A stretch of DNA of 59,618 bases, filler included, from Basidiobolus ranarum (GCA_040143965.1; 11 parts of 11 records of this genome joined end to end with filler, not necessarily neighbours in it), one strand, 5' to 3'. Numbered from the whole stretch's first letter, positions 35,884-49,244 are shown. Notes: a model not told the origin generated them from the letters alone. Made by a program: numbers and translations.

Positions 35884-36724
35884 TCAGTACACAAACTATA
35901 AAAAGAATCCGAAGAGTTATTATGTTAGTATATTTAGTTTAGAGACAGAATAGGTAATAGACAAACCTGAGCAAGATATGATTCAGCGACAATACGTGCA
36001 CGTGCGTTTAGTGAAAGTTTCATTTCACTAATTTCTTTGTCAACCTCTTCCATGAACTCGATGATGAAGTCGACCAACTTATGTTTGAACATCTGTTCGG
36101 TATGGAAATTGGTGATCAAAAAGCTGATATCATATCCCTATATACGTATCATTTAAAGTTAATTGTTAAGGCTAGTACAAAAAAAGTAAAGTGTACATAT
36201 TCGCGGTATACCTTTACTGGCTTCCGACGCAAGATAATGAAATTATCAGCTCTCATCATCAAGAACCGTGTGAACTTGTGAGCCAAAATCTTTTCAATCT
36301 CGTCTGCCTGTTTGATCTTGATACTGACACGGACAGAATTGATTGAGGTTTCGATCAAGACTTGCTCATTCTCATTACGACTTACAATTAATGGGTTGAG
36401 CAAAACTTCCTTCGAAGCGCTGTAGAAGAGGAATGTAAGTATTTGACAGAATAATGTTCAGTTGACTAATCTGGCATTGGTAGTAATCTTTATTCAAGAA
36501 CTGTACATACCAAGCTTCTATTTCTGGCTTATTGTGCTTCTCTACCACTTGAGAAGAGAAGTTTTCTAGACACAAAGCAGTATTTAGAGTGGCGCGTACA
36601 GCGGATAAATATGGGCGTAGGGTGTTGGACTAAAAATTGAAGTTTAAACCCAGGAACAGTCAACTTCAAGGAAACCGTAGCCAGCTTATTGATTGCAAGA
36701 TAAATTTAAAGCACAACATACCAT
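35884..36724 (-). CDS. ARC19: Arp2/3 complex 20-kDa subunit ARPC4
   Basis: Exons 36724-36722 (ATG only), 36629-36511, 36419-36212, 36137-35967, 35895-35884. [65 protein letters not shown]. Confidence 0.97.
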
Positions 36725-37944
36725 GTTATTTCAAGAAGAATAAAGAGGTTTAAAGAAAATCGCTGTCAAGTGACGAAAAAGTCTACAATATGTATGGTGA
36801 AAGTATTCCAAGAATCATGACTTCACTCCCGTCGATATCAATGAACCCTTATCATGGAAATAGGTCACCAAATTACGAAGTTAACTAGTAATCGACATTA
36901 CTAATTAATGGAATAATCAAATATCTGGATATTTCTTGCCAATGCCATCTGGTCTTAAATGTCTGATATTTCTAGAATGATTCCAGAGGCTATATTGCAT
37001 TGCTGTTAACTAGTTTTAATTTCCACTAGAAAGGCTCCTTCAAAGCAAGATCCTTGTAGAAGAAAAGGCGATAGTTGTGAGTACTATGGCTAATATGAAT
37101 TAAAATGCCAGAGACTTGAATATGTCATTTCTAATAAACAACCATCATAGAAATCACCAAACTGGAAAATTTTCAACTCACAGTGCAAGTAAGCTAAATT
37201 GAAAAGTATATTACTCAAGAGGTATGAGTAACGTTTGGAGCTGCTCAAGCTGAGTGTGTTTATTATTGAAAGAAGGCTGATGTTGACTTGTCAGAATGAT
37301 TTATCCTATACTGATTAAATACAACCTCCCCTTTTGACCTCGAGCGTAGCAGTATTATCATGATTCTCGCGTTGAAATACCTCTATACGAGAGGTATTCT
37401 CTTTATTTCCTGTAGCTTACCCCTCAGTTCAATATGAGGCCGAATTTCCTCAGGTCCAATGCCTTCCAAGTTACTTTGCTTTCCGGGATGTACAATATGA
37501 ATGATTGTCTCAAGTGTGAGCCTTCTATTCCCACATTGAATCGTATGTGGAGGAGATGTTGCTATGGAAAGAAACCAGTGCAGAAAAATATTGAAAAGAC
37601 GAATGATTTTATTGCGTTATTTCTCCAGGGAATAGCAACGAGTCTATTACAGGTTGAAGGGAATTGTAAATATTGAACCAGAAGACCAAGCATGACCAGA
37701 CACATTTGGGGAAGAAATGAAAAGTGATTCACCCAACCCACTGGATTAGTGTATGGCTTGGATGAAGGGGTTTGGAAAATGGCTGTTGCAAAGTATAGCT
37801 CCGTACGATCTAAAAGGAATCGGAAGTCAAAGAACACTACCGATTGACATTAAGGATTATGCAACCTGATGGTGGTAACCAAGTGAGTGCTGCATAATAA
37901 CCTGATGAAAATATACCTCCCATGGAGACACCAAGCAAAGGGGG

Positions 37945-38044
37945 NNNNNNNNNNNNNNNNNNNNNNNNNNNNNNNNNNNNNNNNNNNNTTAATTAATTAA
38001 NNNNNNNNNNNNNNNNNNNNNNNNNNNNNNNNNNNNNNNNNNNN
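37945..38044. other. Artificial contig linker
   Basis: Same 100-bp spacer. Confidence 0.99.
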
Positions 38045-38589
38045 TCTTACGCCAGAGCTGAATACCATTTCTTCAAAGCTTAATCTGATTTAAGAACCCT
38101 ATAGCCGTAACTTTTCCTTTGAAGTCGAATTCTGCTCGTTTGCTTGACAAAAAGGATAGAGTAAGCCTATTATAGTTGGTCTAGATCTCACTCTCATTGT
38201 ATTTGTATTGGCTCACTAATGCTTCCAATTCTAGTCATATTTGAAATTAATCTCATAATAATAATTCGATATTTCTTATTGGTAACGTCAAAGTATACTC
38301 TTCTAGTGCACGCCTGCTATTGCACTTTACTAGATGTGCAAAGACGGGGGGACATATCTAGATAAGAATCTACCCTCCGATTCCAATTCGAGCATTTCTA
38401 TACATATAGTTAATGTACACTATTCTTAGAAGTGATTTTTAATCCTTTAGCACGATAAAAGTGATATTGCTGTCAAAAAATCTCTACTTTGGGGGAAGTT
38501 AAATGATTATATATAAACAACCTTGGATGATTTAAACCAAATATTAACTAAATAAAGTACAGTATGATGCAGAAAGTATGGAAATAATA

Positions 38590-39149
38590 TCACGATTTCC
38601 CAAAGAGTTTCTTGAAAAAACCTTTAGACTTTTGCTTATTACCCTTGGGCTTATAACCGTCTAAGAAAGCTATTTGTTTACGGTTAAGCGCACCACGTCT
38701 TTGTTTTCTTACATATTCAATTGCATCTAGTGAGTCCATACCAAGTTCTATCAAAGCGATGGTTACCAAAACCTATTAACTCAATATTAGTAAAAAAAAT
38801 TTTGTTCAAGAGATGAAAACAAACCACTTACCGGGGCTCTACCAATCCCAGAGACGCAGTGTACAGCTATGGCTTCCTCGTTAGAAAAATTCTCGTAGAT
38901 TAAATTTAACCAAGCATTGACGACTGCTTTCGAAGGAACTGAGCCATCGTCGAATTTCATTTCATCATGTACTTGAATACCAGCTTCTTCTAAAGGTTGA
39001 ATATTATAACTATTATTGGCATCACTAATACGTACCAAGTCCTTGACCCCATGTTCTACTAATTGGGGTATGTAGCTTGGTAAAGTTTTATCAGAAGGAC
39101 AATCCAATATCAAAAATTTGTGTGGTGCTCGTTGAACTATAGAAATCAT
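38590..39149 (-). CDS. PRL/PTP4A-type protein tyrosine phosphatase
   Basis: Exons 39149-38832 and 38772-38590. KFLILDCPS, FDDGSVP, IAVHCVSGIGRAPVLVTIALIE, RRGALNRKQ..FL..Y. Confidence 0.92.
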
Positions 39150-39507
39150 ATTTCTAAAAGAGTTCCCTTATGTTTGGTGCTTTAATGAAATAACTTGGTG
39201 ATATGGGAAGATTGATAACCCATATATCACCACTTGAATGCTTTTACCAAAATCCCAGTACCCTATCTCTCCCTCTTCCCCCTATCCTTCAGGGTGAGAC
39301 CCAAAGTTACTAAATTCATTCGGAGGTGATCATATCTGTGAATGACTGCGCGATTTTCTACCTATTTTTAGATAGTTACGCAATATTTCAACTATTTTCA
39401 GATGGCTACTATAATTAGAAAGCATGTTTATGACAAATATAGTTAGTGAAAATTATGGGTTTATTTTTGAATACATAATTATATACATATTATTGACAAG
39501 AAATTGG

Positions 39508-40527
39508 TTAAATTAAACGAAGTGTTTCTTCATCTTGTTGTGCTCCCTTCCAATGTAGACTATCATCTCGGCTGGAATACATGGTGTTCTCGGAGTCTTC
39601 ATACTCATCCTTGGGAAGTAGAAATACTCGGGTAAACCATCGTCTGAAGTTGAATTTTCCATTTTTAACGTATTGTTCTTCTACTCGATACCGAGTAACT
39701 GAATCCTTTCGTATCTGCGAGTAACAATGATATAATACTGGGTCGAATATAAAGGCAATCCCATTGAGTACCCCCAGTAAGGCAATGCTGTATTCGCATG
39801 TGTAATAGGAGTTGGAGTAGGAACTGACTTGTGTAGATAGCTGGATTATCATAATGTATACAAAGGGGATCCCAACTACACAGAGAATCAGTGGATATAG
39901 AGATATACGTATCACAGCTCGAGTTAAAAGTTGAGGATTCTTCACGCCAGAACTTGGTGTGCTGTCGATACTCATGGATATTCTCCTAGCAGATCTCAGT
40001 CGAAGAATGATTGTAGTACAAACAAAGATAGAGTAAATCATCACAATCAAAAATAGAATGGTCAATGCTAAAGTTACAATGTCAACTCTGGTCACTCCAA
40101 ACGCAAGTTTCGTCCAAGGAAGAAAGTAGCACACTATTGCTAGTGTAAAGGCGGGTATCGGCGGAATCAGATAGTAAGCAAGCTGGTAACGATCAGTACC
40201 TCTCCAGTGATGTATCATTACTAGTTGGAGATTAACTGTGATCAATGTGGTGTATAAAATGCTCATTGTCAGAAACGCATAGCTTAGGCATCTGAACACC
40301 TTCCACACATCCATATTCGCTACGGTTCCAACCAAGATCAAGCATATGTGATATAGGAGGTCACTTGTAGTCACTAGGGTTGTCAGTCGTAAAGAAACTC
40401 GATCAGCCATATCCTTACGATAGATGCGTATCCCAATGATACAGAGCAATACCATGGCAGATACAGTAATGGAGGCTACATTAATAGCAAATCGGATTCC
40501 GTTCAACAAATTCCATTCAAGGACCAT
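39508..40527 (-). CDS. Seven-transmembrane GPCR-like protein (cAMP-receptor/Git3-like)
   Basis: Intronless 339-aa ORF with about 7 hydrophobic segments. ADRVSLRL..., RISLYPLIL and GVLNGIAFIFDP motifs resemble fungal CAR/Git3-like receptors. Confidence 0.78.
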   Translation of the reverse strand: MVLEWNLLNGIRFAINVASITVSAMVLLCIIGIRIYRKDMADRVSLRLTTLVTTSDLLYHICLILVGTVANMDVWKVFRCLSYAFLTMSILYTTLITVNLQLVMIHHWRGTDRYQLAYYLIPPIPAFTLAIVCYFLPWTKLAFGVTRVDIVTLALTILFLIVMIYSIFVCTTIILRLRSARRISMSIDSTPSSGVKNPQLLTRAVIRISLYPLILCVVGIPFVYIMIIQLSTQVSSYSNSYYTCEYSIALLGVLNGIAFIFDPVLYHCYSQIRKDSVTRYRVEEQYVKNGKFNFRRWFTRVFLLPKDEYEDSENTMYSSRDDSLHWKGAQQDEETLRLI

Positions 40528-41315
40528 AATTTAGTGAGTGGATGTGGGTATAGACGTGAGCGTGAGTGTTGAGTTAAGCTATCGGTAGTTCCATGAAGTT
40601 GCCTGTAAATGAGTTAGACTATTTATACCACTATCTCTTTGTTCGTCCAAAGATCTGCATTGAAGCTCCTGGACTTTTTCCTAAACCTTGGTTCTTTAGT
40701 TCACCATAAGTAGAATAGAGCAAAGCCCGAATGTGAGTCAACTTTTTGGAGTGGCCACAAGTGGATTCAAATTGATAACTTTTTATATTATTTAGTTTAC
40801 AGTTTCATTCAAGACAAGTTTGACTTAAAATTGGCTAAACAAATGTAAGTTGCGCACATGATTCACTATGTGTTCTCAAGGCTAAAACCCGAACCAAACC
40901 TGGATACTGAACCTTTGTGGTACTTTCTTGTCTCTATCTCCGCCCCTGATCCCTCCTCCTACATTTCCAGTTACGTAATAAGATAAGGTTATGCTGCTTG
41001 TAGAAGCGGAATTTAGTGCCTTTTGTTAGGCAAAACCATATCATGGGTATCAGCTAGTAGTCTGATGCTTACAAATATGTAATTTCCAAAGTATAATTCT
41101 AAATAACATTCATTCAAGCTATTGTATCTACACTTTGAACAGTGTAAGAAATCGCTAATAATTATCGAGCAAAATACACTTGCCTGAAGGGAAATGAAGC
41201 AATCAAGCAGGCAAAGAATCTATTGAAATGGAGGTGAAAGTTGAACAAAAATGGTGTCGTAAAATTCAAATACAATTGATAAACAAGTTTCCGCGGATCC
41301 TGACACATTCTAGGA

Positions 41316-41369
41316 GAGATTAGTTCATATGAGAGATGAGATTAGTTCATATGAGAGATTAGTTCATAT
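41316..41369. repeat. Short tandem repeat GAGATTAGTTCATAT x3 overlapping the F-box gene stop
   Basis: Units at 41316, 41338 and 41355. Confidence 0.8.
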
Positions 41370-42809
41370 CAAATCTATTGCAATTCTATTTCCTAGAAGT
41401 GAATGTGCCTGTTGTCGAGTAAATGTATAAGCAAATGAATTCAGCCTTATACACTGTAAATTGGAGTGTGAAGCAAGATAAGACAAAGATAATTCGGAGA
41501 TTTTCGATGGTCCCATGGAGAGGTATTCAAGCTGAGGAAGGGAAGTCACTATACCATTTACTATCTGATCGCCGATATGTGGCTCCCTGTTCTCAACACT
41601 TCCTAATTTCAGTGTTTTGAGATGAGGCCATAATTTTAAACATTGTAAAAGATGTTTGGATTGATAACACATTTTCTGAATGTCCAAGTAAATCAAATTT
41701 GGACAGTGAATCGCTAGAATCACCAAAGAATTTCCAAGTTCCTGATTTTCCGTCAGTATGGTGGCTTGCAGCAAATTCTTGCCCGCAGCACGCATGATAG
41801 CTTCACAAGTGCGCGAGTTGAATGGAACTTCTTCAAATGCGAATTTACTTAGCTTTCGGAGATAGGGAGCAACCCCATACATGATATCATTATCAGCAAG
41901 TTTCCAGCCCATCAACTTCAGTGAAGTCAGGTTGGAGAAATGGCGAAGTTTGGATAGAGCAGCGTTGAATAGAAGCTTGTCTTGCGTTTCCACTAAAGTT
42001 AAGATACACATGGAAAGCTTAAGATGTGTAAGGCTCCTTGCATGATATTTTACCAATGCATCAATTGTGTGATGGATGGAGTATGATTCCATGGATCGAA
42101 TTACCAGCTTTTTCATCGAGGTCTGGTGGGAAATGACTCTTGCCACAGCTGCATCATCAACAACCGTTGCTGTGATTTTGAATGTTTGCAGGCTGTGCCA
42201 TGTACTGTTGATGAGGTCAGCATGAGCCGATTTGAAACTCACCAACTCGATGTCAAGTGTAGTAAGAGGCGAAGGAGAGGCTGGCGGTAAAAATTGCTCT
42301 AACGGAATAGAGCGGGCCAAAATAAGTGTACGAATTTTGTAGCCATATTCTATCCACAAATATTTGGCCAATATTTCTGCTACTTCTATGCTAATAAAGA
42401 ACTCCAAGGATTCGTTCAATGAGTCTGAGTTAACATTCCAGGAGCAAGAGGTCAACCATGTTAGGTCTATTTCGCGCAAATATGAGCAGTAATCTACCAG
42501 TGGCTTGAAAGAGGTCGTTTTCCGAAGGGCCTCCCACTGATCCAGACAATTAAATGAATCTATTGGTACACAATTTATGAGAGTTTGACACAACTTTGCA
42601 ATTCGAAGATTTACTAATGGGCAAGCTTCTTTGGAAGTGTTTACCAAAGTGAGTTCTTCAGGCAAGTATTTCCAAGGGTGTCTATATAGAAAGCACAATG
42701 CTTGTTGACACCATAATTTGTTAACGTTCGAGGTGGCATGTAACGTTAAGTAATCCTTAGATATCCAGGACAGAATTTTTCCAACGCACTGTGGGGGGAA
42801 GTCGGCCAT
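41364..42809 (-). CDS. F-box/leucine-rich-repeat (RNI-like) protein, ~481 aa
   Basis: N-terminal FPPQCVGKILSWI..D..TLH....VNKLWC..A...LY..PW is F-box-like; LxxLxL repeats follow (LTHLKLS, LTSLKLM, CPNLIYLDI, LPQLEYLSM). First ATG at 42809. Confidence 0.85.
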   Translation of the reverse strand: MADFPPQCVGKILSWISKDYLTLHATSNVNKLWCQQALCFLYRHPWKYLPEELTLVNTSKEACPLVNLRIAKLCQTLINCVPIDSFNCLDQWEALRKTTSFKPLVDYCSYLREIDLTWLTSCSWNVNSDSLNESLEFFISIEVAEILAKYLWIEYGYKIRTLILARSIPLEQFLPPASPSPLTTLDIELVSFKSAHADLINSTWHSLQTFKITATVVDDAAVARVISHQTSMKKLVIRSMESYSIHHTIDALVKYHARSLTHLKLSMCILTLVETQDKLLFNAALSKLRHFSNLTSLKLMGWKLADNDIMYGVAPYLRKLSKFAFEEVPFNSRTCEAIMRAAGKNLLQATILTENQELGNSLVILAIHCPNLIYLDIQKMCYQSKHLLQCLKLWPHLKTLKLGSVENREPHIGDQIVNGIVTSLPQLEYLSMGPSKISELSLSYLASHSNLQCIRLNSFAYTFTRQQAHSLLGNRIAIDLI

Positions 42810-43119
42810 TACTCGCAAGACTTGAAGAAAAACAGTGAACAGAAAAGAAAAAAGACGTCTTAACAAGTTCTGAATTGTGACGGTTTCCCAGAAGTTTTCA
42901 TTTGCAGGGAATAAGAATTTATTAATTAAAATATTGGCCTTCTAACTGGGTAAGGTTAATATTATACCACACTTGGCTAGGATTGGACTGCGATTCTGAA
43001 GAAAAATTGCCATCCAATTAAGTTTGTATATTGTAGCTTCTCCATAATAATTGGTCACATTCACAGCCCTAGTTTCAAAGGCAAATTGAATCAGAATGTT
43101 TCTATGAGTGTGAGCGTAT

Positions 43120-43197
43120 GAATGTGTGTTTAGACTCAAAGTATGATGATGAAGTGTGTTTAGACTAATTGCGTTGATGAAGTGTGTTTAGGTTAAA
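43120..43197. repeat. Three imperfect copies of GATGAAGTGTGTTTAG upstream of the F-box gene
   Basis: GTGTGTTTAG occurs three times at ~28-bp spacing. Confidence 0.65.
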
Positions 43198-43370
43198 TAT
43201 GTTTCGCTTGACTTTGGATTAATCCCTTTTGTTTAAACTTGGAAGTCGGGTTACATATGCATCGTTTACCCATCGTTTACCCGGAAGCATTTAATAAGTG
43301 ATTCAAAAGGCGAGATCGATGTGAGCCCCAAAATGCAACATTACACCAGTTCTATCGTAAATAAGGTTAT

Positions 43371-43470
43371 NNNNNNNNNNNNNNNNNNNNNNNNNNNNNN
43401 NNNNNNNNNNNNNNTTAATTAATTAANNNNNNNNNNNNNNNNNNNNNNNNNNNNNNNNNNNNNNNNNNNN
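43371..43470. other. Artificial contig linker
   Basis: Same 100-bp spacer. Confidence 0.99.
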
Positions 43471-43650
43471 AGGCTCCAAGAAGCTATCTATAAGCACTGG
43501 TGATTTAGGTCCAGATATGATGGATAGTATCAAAATATTATGACTCTTATACCATTCAGAAGGAGGAAGACTTAAGTTGATGAAAATTATTGGCCAGCAA
43601 GCCTTTCCAACAGTATATTTGTCTAGCAAGAAACCATCCAGTGCCAATAC
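43471..43650 (-). mobile_element. CACTA transposase fragment
   Basis: ALDGF...ACWPIIFINLSLPPSEWYKSHNILILSIISGPKSPVLIDSFLEP. Confidence 0.9.
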
Positions 43651-45830
43651 AATCTCAGTAACTGTAAAGAACAAATATACTATCCCAGGAATAGAAGGGC
43701 TACTAGATCAACTTCATAGAGTCAAAAAACTTAGCAAAAGTGATCTAATCTTAGGCTACAATCAGATCCTAGTCCAACCAGAATATATAACCTGACTGCC
43801 TTTGCATCAGGATATGGGACTACAAGTTTCTTATCTTGTGCTAAAGACCAACCAATCACCAGCTAGCTTTACAAAAATGATGCAGAATATCTTTGCCAAG
43901 TACTTTGACCAGTTTGTGGCAATTTACTTGCATGACATCTTAATCTACAGAAAGAGTCAGGAGGAACATGTACATTGTATAAGGAGAGTCTTGAAGAAAT
44001 TCCTAGCAAACTAACTCTATATATAGTTCAGCAAGTGTGAATTCTTGAAGGGCCAAGTGGAATATCTGGAACATATTGTAACAGGCTTGTAAATTGCCAT
44101 GGATTGCAGAAAAGTTGCAGTAATTTACAATTGGACACCAACCACTACAATACCAGAACTCAGATCATTCCCAGGAATGGTTTCCAATTACAGAAGGTTT
44201 CTTAAATGTTTTGCCTCAATTGCTGCCCCATTAACTGAACTACCCAGGATGGAAAGTGTCTTGACTTGGAACTGCTGTATAAAGTAGCTTCCCAATCCAT
44301 GAAAGTTGAACTAGCAAAGTGACCTAACTTAAAGATTTCAGAATTAAGCTGGCCAATCTATTTCACTACAGATGCCTCATACTATGCCATAGGCAGAGTT
44401 CTTAGAAATATCTGTGATGATGTGAAAACCTCAGTTGAATTTTAGTCTAACAAGATATATAGTGCTTATCAGAACTCTCCAGTTTATGAAAAGGACATGT
44501 GTGCCATTATCTGTTACCTCAAAGTCTGGAGATGCTTAGATGGAGTCAAGACTACTGTGAAGAGAGACCATGTCTTGCTGAAGTATGCTAGTACCCACAA
44601 TGTGCTATCAAGACAAACTACATGATCAAGTGAATACAAGCAACAGTTTGATTAGAATATCTCCTATTATCCTGGAAAAGCCAATGTAGTAGCAAATGCT
44701 TTACTTTGAGTTGATATGCTCAAGAAAAGCAATGTTACTGAAGAATCTGATTGGCCTACACTAGTACTACAATTTTTTCATGACCTGACATTCCCAAAAC
44801 CAGTAGGGGGGAAGTACAAAATGTCATCCATCAAGAAGCTGAGAAACCTGTTGTACAAGAAGGTCTCTATCATATTTTTGTTGACCAGCCAATAGCATAC
44901 TGCCCCTGTTCCAACCAATTGGACATAGTTCAAAAGTTATGTAATATCTACGGACATCTGGGAATTGAAGGAGCACTCAGCCTATTGATTACCAGAGCCA
45001 AGATGATGAGTGATACACAAAAACTAGTCAAGACTTGGTCTAGTTGTCAAATCAAACAAGTCAAACCCATAGACATGAAGAATTATTCCCTTTAAAGCCA
45101 GTAGGACCATTTGAGTGATGGGGGAGTTGGCTTTATTGGAAGTCTTTGCACTGCCAGAAGAAGCAATCAATGGATTTCTGTTGCCATAGACAATGCAACA
45201 AAGCAGCACCAATTGCCAGTGAAGAGGAAGTAGCTGTTTCATAGATGATGACATTTTGACAAAGTTTAGATGCATTGTTGAGATTTTGTTGGACAGAGGA
45301 GCTAGCTTTATGGAAAATTTACTTAGAGCCTATTTGGAACTTCAAAATTTCAAGCATTTAAAGACCTTTGCCTAATATCCAAGAACCAATGGAGTCACCA
45401 AGAGATTTGATGTATTTTTTGGCAATATGATGTCCAAATATGCCAATAGATTAATGCACAGGTGGGATGAGTCCATTTATCAAGCCTTGTTTGCCTGCCA
45501 AATCCAAATACTCAATACAACTCAAAAATCCCCTTTATACTTAGTACACAGATGTCACCCAAATATTCCTGGAGATATATTGCAGCCAAAATTTATCAAC
45601 CTTCTGGATGATAAACTGAGCTAAGCCATAGCAAAGGAGAGGATTACTTGGGAGAGAAATGCAATAAAAGCCAGAGTTAAAGCCAGCTCTTCAAAAATGA
45701 AAACTTACTTTCACAACACTGAAAACTCACTACCAATTACTGAGAGAACTACTGTGCTGTTATGAACTAATGACAAGAAGAAGTTTGCACCTCTTTGGAA
45801 AGGACTTTCAAAGTTATGAGTGAATGCCCT
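43651..45830 (+). mobile_element. Ty3/gypsy pol remnant (RT, RNase H, integrase)
   Basis: TVKNKYTIPGIEGLLDQL, FVAIYLHDILIY, SKCEF, ELRSFPGMVSNYRRF, TDASYYAIG, YPGKANVVANAL, YPRTNGVTKRF in RT-RH-INT order. Confidence 0.92.
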
Positions 45831-45859
45831 TCCAGACATATCAGCTAGTAGCTAAACAA

Positions 45860-47277
45860 GCAGTCACCATATCAAAAACAGATGCCCAACAATTTTGCTC
45901 CAAAATTCTGCTCTGTTTGAAGTCCTATCTCAGGATCTTTGGTTGCACTACACATTGCCTTATTCCAGCTGAAAAAGGCCATAAATTGAAGCCCAAAAGC
46001 TGAAAATGCATATATCTTGGTTACAGTGTTGGATCTCAGGCCTACAGATGGGTTAATTTTAAAAATGAGAAGTTAATTAAGCATTGAGTTGAGATTTTTT
46101 CTATGAAAGCAATTTTTTCCCATCAAATCACAATTCGTGATCCACAAGACAACATCAGTACTATTCAGGTAGTGTCTGGCAAAATTCCAGCTGTATCTGA
46201 GCCCAATTCAACCATGATTCTAGCCCCAAACTCATCAGAGGATGATTTAAGACCTATAAGGTCATCCAAATGGAGGAATATACTAGGGAACTGGTAGAAC
46301 ACTTCTGTTGATGATGCCTATCTTTATGCAGCATTCTGTGTGCAGCAACAAACTCATGATCAAGTTCTGCAGTGTCTGGAATCAAAATTATGGGAAAAAA
46401 CAATATCTAATGAGTTTTGTTTGTTTCAGAGTATAAAATCAGTTCTTTAAGTCATCTATCATTAGGAAGAAGCCCATTAGGCAGCAAATGGATCTACAAA
46501 GTCAAAAACCAAGCTGATGTAATCATAGAAAGGCACACGGCTAGATTAGTTGCAAAGGGTTATTTCCAGGACTCTTGGTGTTGATTTATATGAACCTTTA
46601 GCTCCAGTAGCTCAGTTCAGCTCAATTAGATCAATGCAGGCAATTTCAGCCATTCATAACCTTGATTTACACCAACTGGGTGTAAAAACAGCATTTAGGA
46701 ATGGGAAGCCAGAAGAAGACATCCATATGGAGCAACCAGATTTATTTTTTAACCCAAAACACCCAAACATGATCTGTAAGCTGTAAAAATAAAACAAATA
46801 TACAGGTATTTGAGAAGAACTGTAGATATATTTCTAGAATACTCTGGCACTCCTGATGCACAAAATTTTGATGGCTACAGAGCTACAGACTGGGGAAGTA
46901 ACCTTGATGATTGAAGATCAACAACTGGATACACTGTTCTCTGTAATAATGGAGCTACAACTTGGAATGGTAAAAAGCAATCAAACCTAGCACTTTCAAC
47001 TTCAGGAGCAGAGTGTATGGGTGCCTCTGCTACTATACAAGAAGTTATGTAGTTAAGGAGGTTACTTACAGACATTAGTACCATGCAAATATGTGCTATT
47101 ACTGTATTTGAAGATAATCAAGTAGTATTTCACAAGCTAAAAACCTTACAGTTCATGCCAGAATAAAACATGATTTAATCAGGCATCATTTTGTTAAGGA
47201 AGTAATAGAGATTGCTACAATTCAACTTATCTACTGCCCTTCTAAAGAAATGATTGCTGACATCTTAACCACACTTT
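45860..47277 (+). mobile_element. Copia pol remnant (integrase end, RT start, RNase H), internally deleted
   Basis: GSKWIYKVK...ARLVAKGY, LAPVAQFSSIR, HQLGVKTAFRNG, DWGSNLDD*RSTTGY, MIADILT. Confidence 0.9.
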
Positions 47278-48700
47278 TGATAAAGGTTTTTAGGGGATTT
47301 GGAAGTGTTTTGGACAAGATTGGGCATTGTGAATTAGACACTTAGGTTACATTGAATTAAATATGACATATTTAGAGTTTACTATGAAATAGGACTATTT
47401 GAAATGCTTAGATCATAACAAATATGCCTGTTAAGCATGGGTGAAAATTTGAGGTGAGTTGTTGAAGCTTTGAGAAAATAGTGAAAATTGGTAAAAGTGC
47501 ATGAAATGATATTTCTATCAATCAGAGTAATAAACACAAATTTTTCAATGACAGAATTGAGTACTAAATAAACAGAATATAAATAAACTATCTACTAAGT
47601 AATGAGTTACTATATACCTAATTTCAACATTCCTACTTGACTAATTATTTTGTATTTCTCTTAAACCTAACTTATATCTTAATATTTCAAATTGTGCTCT
47701 AGTTAAAGGTTTGGTTAATATGTTGGAAATTGTTTCTTCAGTACAGCTATAGGTAAGTTCAATATATATAATTCTCTATTACTTCTCTAACAAAATGATG
47801 CCTAATATCTATTTGATCTGTTCTAGCATGCAATGTAGGGTTTTTAGATAATGAAATACAAGTTTGATTATCTTCAAATATAGTAATTGCATGTTTTTGC
47901 ATGTATCCTCAGTCTGTAAATAACTTCCTTGACTACATAGCTTCTTGTGTAGTAGCAGAGGCAGCCTTATACTCTGCTTCTGTAGTGGAAAGTGCCATGG
48001 TTGGTTGCTTTTCACCATTCCAAGTTATGGCTCCATTACCATAGAGAGAAGTGTACCCAGTTGGTGATCTTCTATCACCAAGGTTTCTTCCCCAGTCTGC
48101 ATCATTGTATCCTTCTATATTTGTGCATCAGGAATGTCAGAGTATTCCAGAACTAGATATACAGTTCCTCTCAAATACCTGAATGTTTGTTTTACTGCAG
48201 CATTCTGCTCAGATCCCAGATTTTTGCAATATTGGCTAACAATTCCCTCTGCCACAGCAATGTCTGGACATGTTCCAATCATTGTTTACATTAAATTACC
48301 CATCACATATTGATAAGGGAACTCCTGGCCTTGATTTGAGTCATTTTGGGCCAAATTGGATGAAATTTGGATTAATTTTGTATTGGGATCCATTGGTGTT
48401 GATACTGGTTTGGTATTCTACATGTTGAAGCCCTTTAGGATATCTAGGATGTATATAGACTAACTCATCATGATTTATTGATTGTGTTTATCTCTCTTGA
48501 TTTAAATTTCCTGAAATTAACTTAACCCATGTCAGTCATCTGAGATTGGCTTGATAAGCTGCTTTGGTCTAATCAAGTGCTTCTAGAGCATTTGTGGCTA
48601 TGATGAAGTCATCCACATATAGTGCCAAGAGAAGGATCTTATTTCCGTTATTTTGACATAAAAACTGCAATCTGCTGTGCATTTTTGTAATTCTAGATCT
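47278..48700 (-). mobile_element. Copia family B 3' end: RT/RNase H, PPT, 352-bp LTR (47278-47629)
   Basis: Minus-strand LALYVDDFIIA and DADWGRNLGDRRSPTGY. LTR has the same length as 22330-22681. Confidence 0.92.
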
Positions 48701-48790
48701 TACGTCAAAATGACAAGTGAACTTTAACATTCAAAATTTCTCAAAATACTTATAATTTACGAGCTTTGTATTATATTAAACAACAATTAG

Positions 48791-48890
48791 NNNNNNNNNN
48801 NNNNNNNNNNNNNNNNNNNNNNNNNNNNNNNNNNTTAATTAATTAANNNNNNNNNNNNNNNNNNNNNNNNNNNNNNNNNNNNNNNNNNNN
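48791..48890. other. Artificial contig linker
   Basis: Same 100-bp spacer. Confidence 0.99.
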
Positions 48891-49244
48891 TTATCTATTT
48901 CAGTTACCACCAATAAATAAACATTCCCCTCTGCCATCAAAGTGTAGGATATCCTGGCAATCCTTGTCTTTTTTGACAATCAACAGTATACACACTCCAA
49001 CTTTGGCATCAGATGGAAGAATCAATCCTTGCCTACATAGTGATATAGTGATTGTGAATATCCCACAGAAATAATGAACCTGTTTCTGATCATTAACTTT
49101 TCATTATCACACTTAACTCTTGCTATATTGTTCACTGTAGTAGTGACTACTATGACTTACTGTCTATAATTTCTACATTCACAAGAGCAGCAGCAGAAAT
49201 TATAGTGCATCAAAGAGATTTAAAAAGTATGACTACTACTTGTG

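Noticed and set aside
37300..37944. Short overlapping ORFs, possibly a gag remnant
   Set aside because: No motif strong enough to call.
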